Shown piece by piece: positions 60,754 to 64,000 of a stretch of 64,000 bases of DNA. Under the pieces are notes generated by a model. That model worked only from the letters and a program-made list of their open reading frames with translations. It searched no databases and was not told where the DNA came from. Made by a program: the position numbers and the translations under genes. How positions within the stretch are numbered: position 1 is the stretch's first letter; each line of letters opens with the position of its first letter. This stretch comes from Synergistota bacterium (lineage in GTDB: Bacteria; Synergistota; GBS-1). Location of the stretch: assembly GCA_021159885.1 (NCBI GenBank), contig JAGHDO010000057.1, positions 1,418 to 65,417 on the forward strand, written 5' to 3'.

Positions 60754-61657
60754 CCCTGGGAAGAAGAATGAAATGAGAGTTGGTGAGATAATAAGGAGAG
60801 AGCGGGAGAAGAAGGGTATAAGCGTGGAGCAGCTTTCGGAAATGACTAAGATAAGTAAGGAGTTTATAAAGGCTATAGAGGAGGAAAACTTTGATGTTCT
60901 ACCTGGAGATGTGTATACGGGAGGTTTTATAAGAAATATATCGATGACCTTGGGGCTTGATCCAGAAGAGATGAGAAGGCTTTATAAATCCCAGCGGAGG
61001 CGAGAGTATGAGGAGGAAGTAATGAAAGAGGCGGTGGAAACTCTTCCTCACTATGATGCGGATGTGGATAAGGGTATCAAGCCCAAGAAACCATGGCTTC
61101 TGGTTTTATTACTCTTGCTTCTTGTTGCGGGAGGAGCTTTCTATCTATATACTTCACGTACGGGTAATTTGACCTTCCTAACCAAAAGTTTTGTGAAAGG
61201 TGAGCTTGGGACACCAGCGACTTCTTCAGCGTCTGTGGTTTCGTCAGAGGTGAAGGAGAAAATGGTGCCTGAAAAGCTCGCAACGGCAGAAACCTCCGCT
61301 CTATCACTCGTTTCCTCTGAAACGGAAGCTTCTTCTCTCGAGGAGAAAGGATTGGCTACATCTCCTGTTGCGCTTTCTACAAAGCCGGTTTTAACTTCTC
61401 CTGAAAGAGAGGAGCTAAGCTTGAGAGTTGTAGCTGTGGGAAGGTGTTGGATCAGGGTTATAGCAGATGGAAAAAAGGTTTATGAGGGGACACTTGTGAA
61501 GGGAGACGAGAAAAGCTGGAAAGCCCGGAATAGCATTAAGGTAAGGTTTGGGAATATTGCTGGAGTGAAGATATATTTTAATGGAAAGGAGATCACTCCT
61601 CCCTCTGGCAGGGGTGGAGTTGTAGATATGACTTTTCCTATAAAGGAAGAGAGGTAG
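60743..61657 (+). CDS. rodZ: RodZ-like protein (HTH, TM, DUF4115)
   Basis: HTH with AIEEENF..LPGDVY..GFIR, TM, CWIRV..DG, FGN..GV...NG. Confidence 0.88.
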   Translation: MSDNPGKKNEMRVGEIIRREREKKGISVEQLSEMTKISKEFIKAIEEENFDVLPGDVYTGGFIRNISMTLGLDPEEMRRLYKSQRRREYEEEVMKEAVETLPHYDADVDKGIKPKKPWLLVLLLLLLVAGGAFYLYTSRTGNLTFLTKSFVKGELGTPATSSASVVSSEVKEKMVPEKLATAETSALSLVSSETEASSLEEKGLATSPVALSTKPVLTSPEREELSLRVVAVGRCWIRVIADGKKVYEGTLVKGDEKSWKARNSIKVRFGNIAGVKIYFNGKEITPPSGRGGVVDMTFPIKEER

Positions 61658-61666
61658 TTTTATAGA

Positions 61667-62950
61667 TTGAAGGTAGCAGTAGTCAGCTTAGGTTGCCCAA
61701 AGAACGAAATCGATACGGAACTTATTCTTGGGAAATTAGTTGAGGAGGGGATGGAAATAACTTCTAAGCTTGAGGGAGCTGATCTTGCCCTCGTGAATAC
61801 ATGTGCTTTTATAGACTCTGCTATTGAAGAGTCGCTTTCTTGGATTTCAAAGTTGGTTTTCCTTAAGAGGAAAGGCGTTATAAAGCGCATAGCTGTGGTG
61901 GGTTGTCTCTTTCAGAGATACACGGGGAAACTATTTGAGTATTTTAAGGATGTGGATTATTTTGCGGGGACAGGATACCCTCACGAAGTAGGGATTTTCC
62001 TTGTAAATTGCTTAAAAAATGGTCTCGGAAGAAAGGTTTTCCTCAAAGAGCTTCCTACCTCGTGGGTTGAAAAGGGATTGCGCATACCTATAAAGAGAGC
62101 GTTTTATTCTTATCTGAAGATAGCAGAGGGGTGTAATAATAGATGTGCGTATTGCGTTATACCGAAGCTACGAGGGCCCTATAGAAGTAAGCCACTGGAT
62201 ATGATCCTTGAAGAAGCGGAGGGGATTTTAAAGACCGGTGTGAAGGAGCTAATCCTCGTCTCTCAGGATAGCACTCTTTATTCTCCTTCTCTCTCTTTGC
62301 TTTTAAAGAAGCTGAGCGAATTAAACGGAGATTTCTGGATCAGGGTTCTTTATCTTAATCCTGCGCGAATTACAGCGGAGCTGTTAGAGACGGTGCTTTC
62401 CCTCGAGAAGGTTTGTTCATATCTCGATATACCTATTCAGCATGTTGATGATCGTGTTCTCTCCTTGATGAAAAGGAGGTATACCTATCGCGATCTCTAC
62501 TTACTATTTGGTGGGATAAGAGCTATAAGCGATGAAATATGCCTTAGAACCACTGTGATGCTTGGCTTTCCAGGCGAAGGGAGAGAAGCTTTTGAGAAGC
62601 TTTTATCATTCATTTCGGATATCCGTTTTGATAAGTTAGGAAGCTTTATATATTCCCCGCAGGAAGGAACCGAGTCTTATAGGCTAAAGCCGGTGCCTTT
62701 AAGAGTTGCTAAAAGGAGAAGAGACATGCTGATGAAACTTCAACAGGCTATATCGCGTAGGCGAAACGAATCTCTGGTTGGAAAAACGCTACGAGTTCTG
62801 GTTGAATTCCCAGGAATGGGCAGAAGCTATAGGGATGCCCCTGAGATAGATGGTATAGTATATTTCAACGGGGGCGCTCAACCTGGTAGCTTTGCTAATG
62901 TGAAAATCCAGAGGGCGGGTGATTATGATCTATGGGGCACGATGGAATAG
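61667..62950 (+). CDS. rimO: Ribosomal protein S12 methylthiotransferase
   Basis: SLGCPKN, NTCAFI..A..ES, GC, KIAEGCNNRCAYC, YLDIPIQH, APEIDG, TRAM domain. Confidence 0.95.
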   Translation: MKVAVVSLGCPKNEIDTELILGKLVEEGMEITSKLEGADLALVNTCAFIDSAIEESLSWISKLVFLKRKGVIKRIAVVGCLFQRYTGKLFEYFKDVDYFAGTGYPHEVGIFLVNCLKNGLGRKVFLKELPTSWVEKGLRIPIKRAFYSYLKIAEGCNNRCAYCVIPKLRGPYRSKPLDMILEEAEGILKTGVKELILVSQDSTLYSPSLSLLLKKLSELNGDFWIRVLYLNPARITAELLETVLSLEKVCSYLDIPIQHVDDRVLSLMKRRYTYRDLYLLFGGIRAISDEICLRTTVMLGFPGEGREAFEKLLSFISDIRFDKLGSFIYSPQEGTESYRLKPVPLRVAKRRRDMLMKLQQAISRRRNESLVGKTLRVLVEFPGMGRSYRDAPEIDGIVYFNGGAQPGSFANVKIQRAGDYDLWGTME

Positions 62951-63390
62951 GGAAGTTAGCTTACTACTTCGCAACCTTTGGTGGATTGGGAAAACTATTT
63001 GAGAATAGAATGCCTGGTACTATTGCCACGGCAGTTGCTCTTATAATAAGGTGGAAGATCGACCTTGGTTTCTTTCCTATAGTGGTGTTGTTTTTCATTG
63101 GCGTTTGGGCTTCACATGTCTATTCAAAGGCCTTAAGAGATGACGATCCTCCCTGTGTTGTTATAGATGAGGTTGTGGGGTACTTCGTGGCTATGTATGG
63201 TTTTAGCGATATAATGTTACTTCCGAGCTTTTTTTTCTTCAGAATTCTTGATATAGTCAAGCCCTTTCCTGTAAGAGCGTTCGAAAAGCTGCCGGGGGGA
63301 TGGGGTATAATGATGGATGATGTAATAGCTGGTATAGTTTCGAATGTTCTTATATCTCTCGGAGTCTGGTTCTGGGGGTTGCAAAGATGA
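62932..63390 (+). CDS. pgpA: Phosphatidylglycerophosphatase A
   Basis: MPGT, DPPCVVIDEVVG, FRILDIVKPFP, GIMMDDVIAG. Confidence 0.94.
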   Translation: MGHDGIGKLAYYFATFGGLGKLFENRMPGTIATAVALIIRWKIDLGFFPIVVLFFIGVWASHVYSKALRDDDPPCVVIDEVVGYFVAMYGFSDIMLLPSFFFFRILDIVKPFPVRAFEKLPGGWGIMMDDVIAGIVSNVLISLGVWFWGLQR

Positions 63391-64000
63391 GAGCGGTTGT
63401 TTTATCCACAGGCGATGAGGTTTTGTTGGGGGAGATAAGTGAGAGCAATGGGGGTTTTATCTCTCGTGCTCTCGTAGAAGTAGGAATAGATGTGTTTGCC
63501 AGATTTATCGTTGAGGATGACAGGGAAAAGCTTATAGACATTATGAAGATAGCCCTTGATAACGCCGATATGTTAATAATAACTGGTGGGTTGGGTCCTA
63601 CGGATGATGATCTGACAAGAGAGGCAGTGGCTTCTTTATTGGGTGTGAAGCTTGAGCTTAGAGAGGAAGCGAGGAAGTGGATAGATGATTTCTTTAAGCG
63701 TCTTGGAAGAGATGTTCCTCCAGAGGCCGAAAAACAGCTTCTCTTTCCTGAGGGAGCCGAGATAATACCTAACGAGCTGGGAACCGCGTGTGGTTTTTTC
63801 ATAGAGCGGGGCGGTAAGGTTATAGCTGCTCTCTCAGGTGTACCCTGGGAGGCGGAGAGGATGTTTAACAGATATCTTTTACCCAGACTTTCGAGGGGTA
63901 GAGAGATATTTCTAAAGAGACTTCATATCATTGGATTAAGAGAGACCCAGGCTTTCAGGATTCTCAAAAGCCTTGATCTCGGTGATCGCGTTAAGGTGGG
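63387..64000 (+). CDS. cinA: CinA family competence/damage-inducible protein (runs off window)
   Basis: Manual translation from ATG 63387: MRAVVLSTGDEVLLGEI...ITGGLGPTDDDLTREA...KQ..FPEGA...N..GTACG...GVPWE. Confidence 0.93.
   Translation, partial: MRAVVLSTGDEVLLGEISESNGGFISRALVEVGIDVFARFIVEDDREKLIDIMKIALDNADMLIITGGLGPTDDDLTREAVASLLGVKLELREEARKWIDDFFKRLGRDVPPEAEKQLLFPEGAEIIPNELGTACGFFIERGGKVIAALSGVPWEAERMFNRYLLPRLSRGREIFLKRLHIIGLRETQAFRILKSLDLGDRVKV

Overview
A compact, gene-dense 64 kb chromosomal segment from an anaerobic, probably thermophilic, amino-acid-fermenting bacterium. A Synergistota-like affiliation is suggested by the large SRP RNA, Cys-containing C-terminal sorting tails and a PASTA-only gene before rpe, but this is inference. 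Translation and RNA modification genes: mnmG, tgt, two trmO, rqcH, rluD, ileS, gltX, queH, trmI, tadA, rsmB, rimO, six tRNAs and SRP RNA. Fermentative metabolism: EtfAB with an FAD 2-hydroxyacid dehydrogenase, ptb/buk, glycine cleavage, citrate lyase, iorAB. Also present are a peptide ABC operon with IadA and an M20 hydrolase, three diguanylate cyclases and two pseudogenes. I saw no mobile element or CRISPR array. The most notable observations are: (1) a TPR / FN3 / clostripain / dead-clostripain surface locus in which two proteins share an E-x-I-x-S-A-G-C-x3-E-G + TM + basic C-terminal sorting signal; (2) the last four codons and stop of gltX are the first 15 nt of tRNA-Gln; (3) a catalytically dead, domain-II-only butyrate kinase homolog coupled to ptb-buk; (4) a probable ATA start for asparaginase; (5) a candidate isoaspartyl-peptide import and hydrolysis operon. 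All calls come from reading motifs by eye; no database searches were run.
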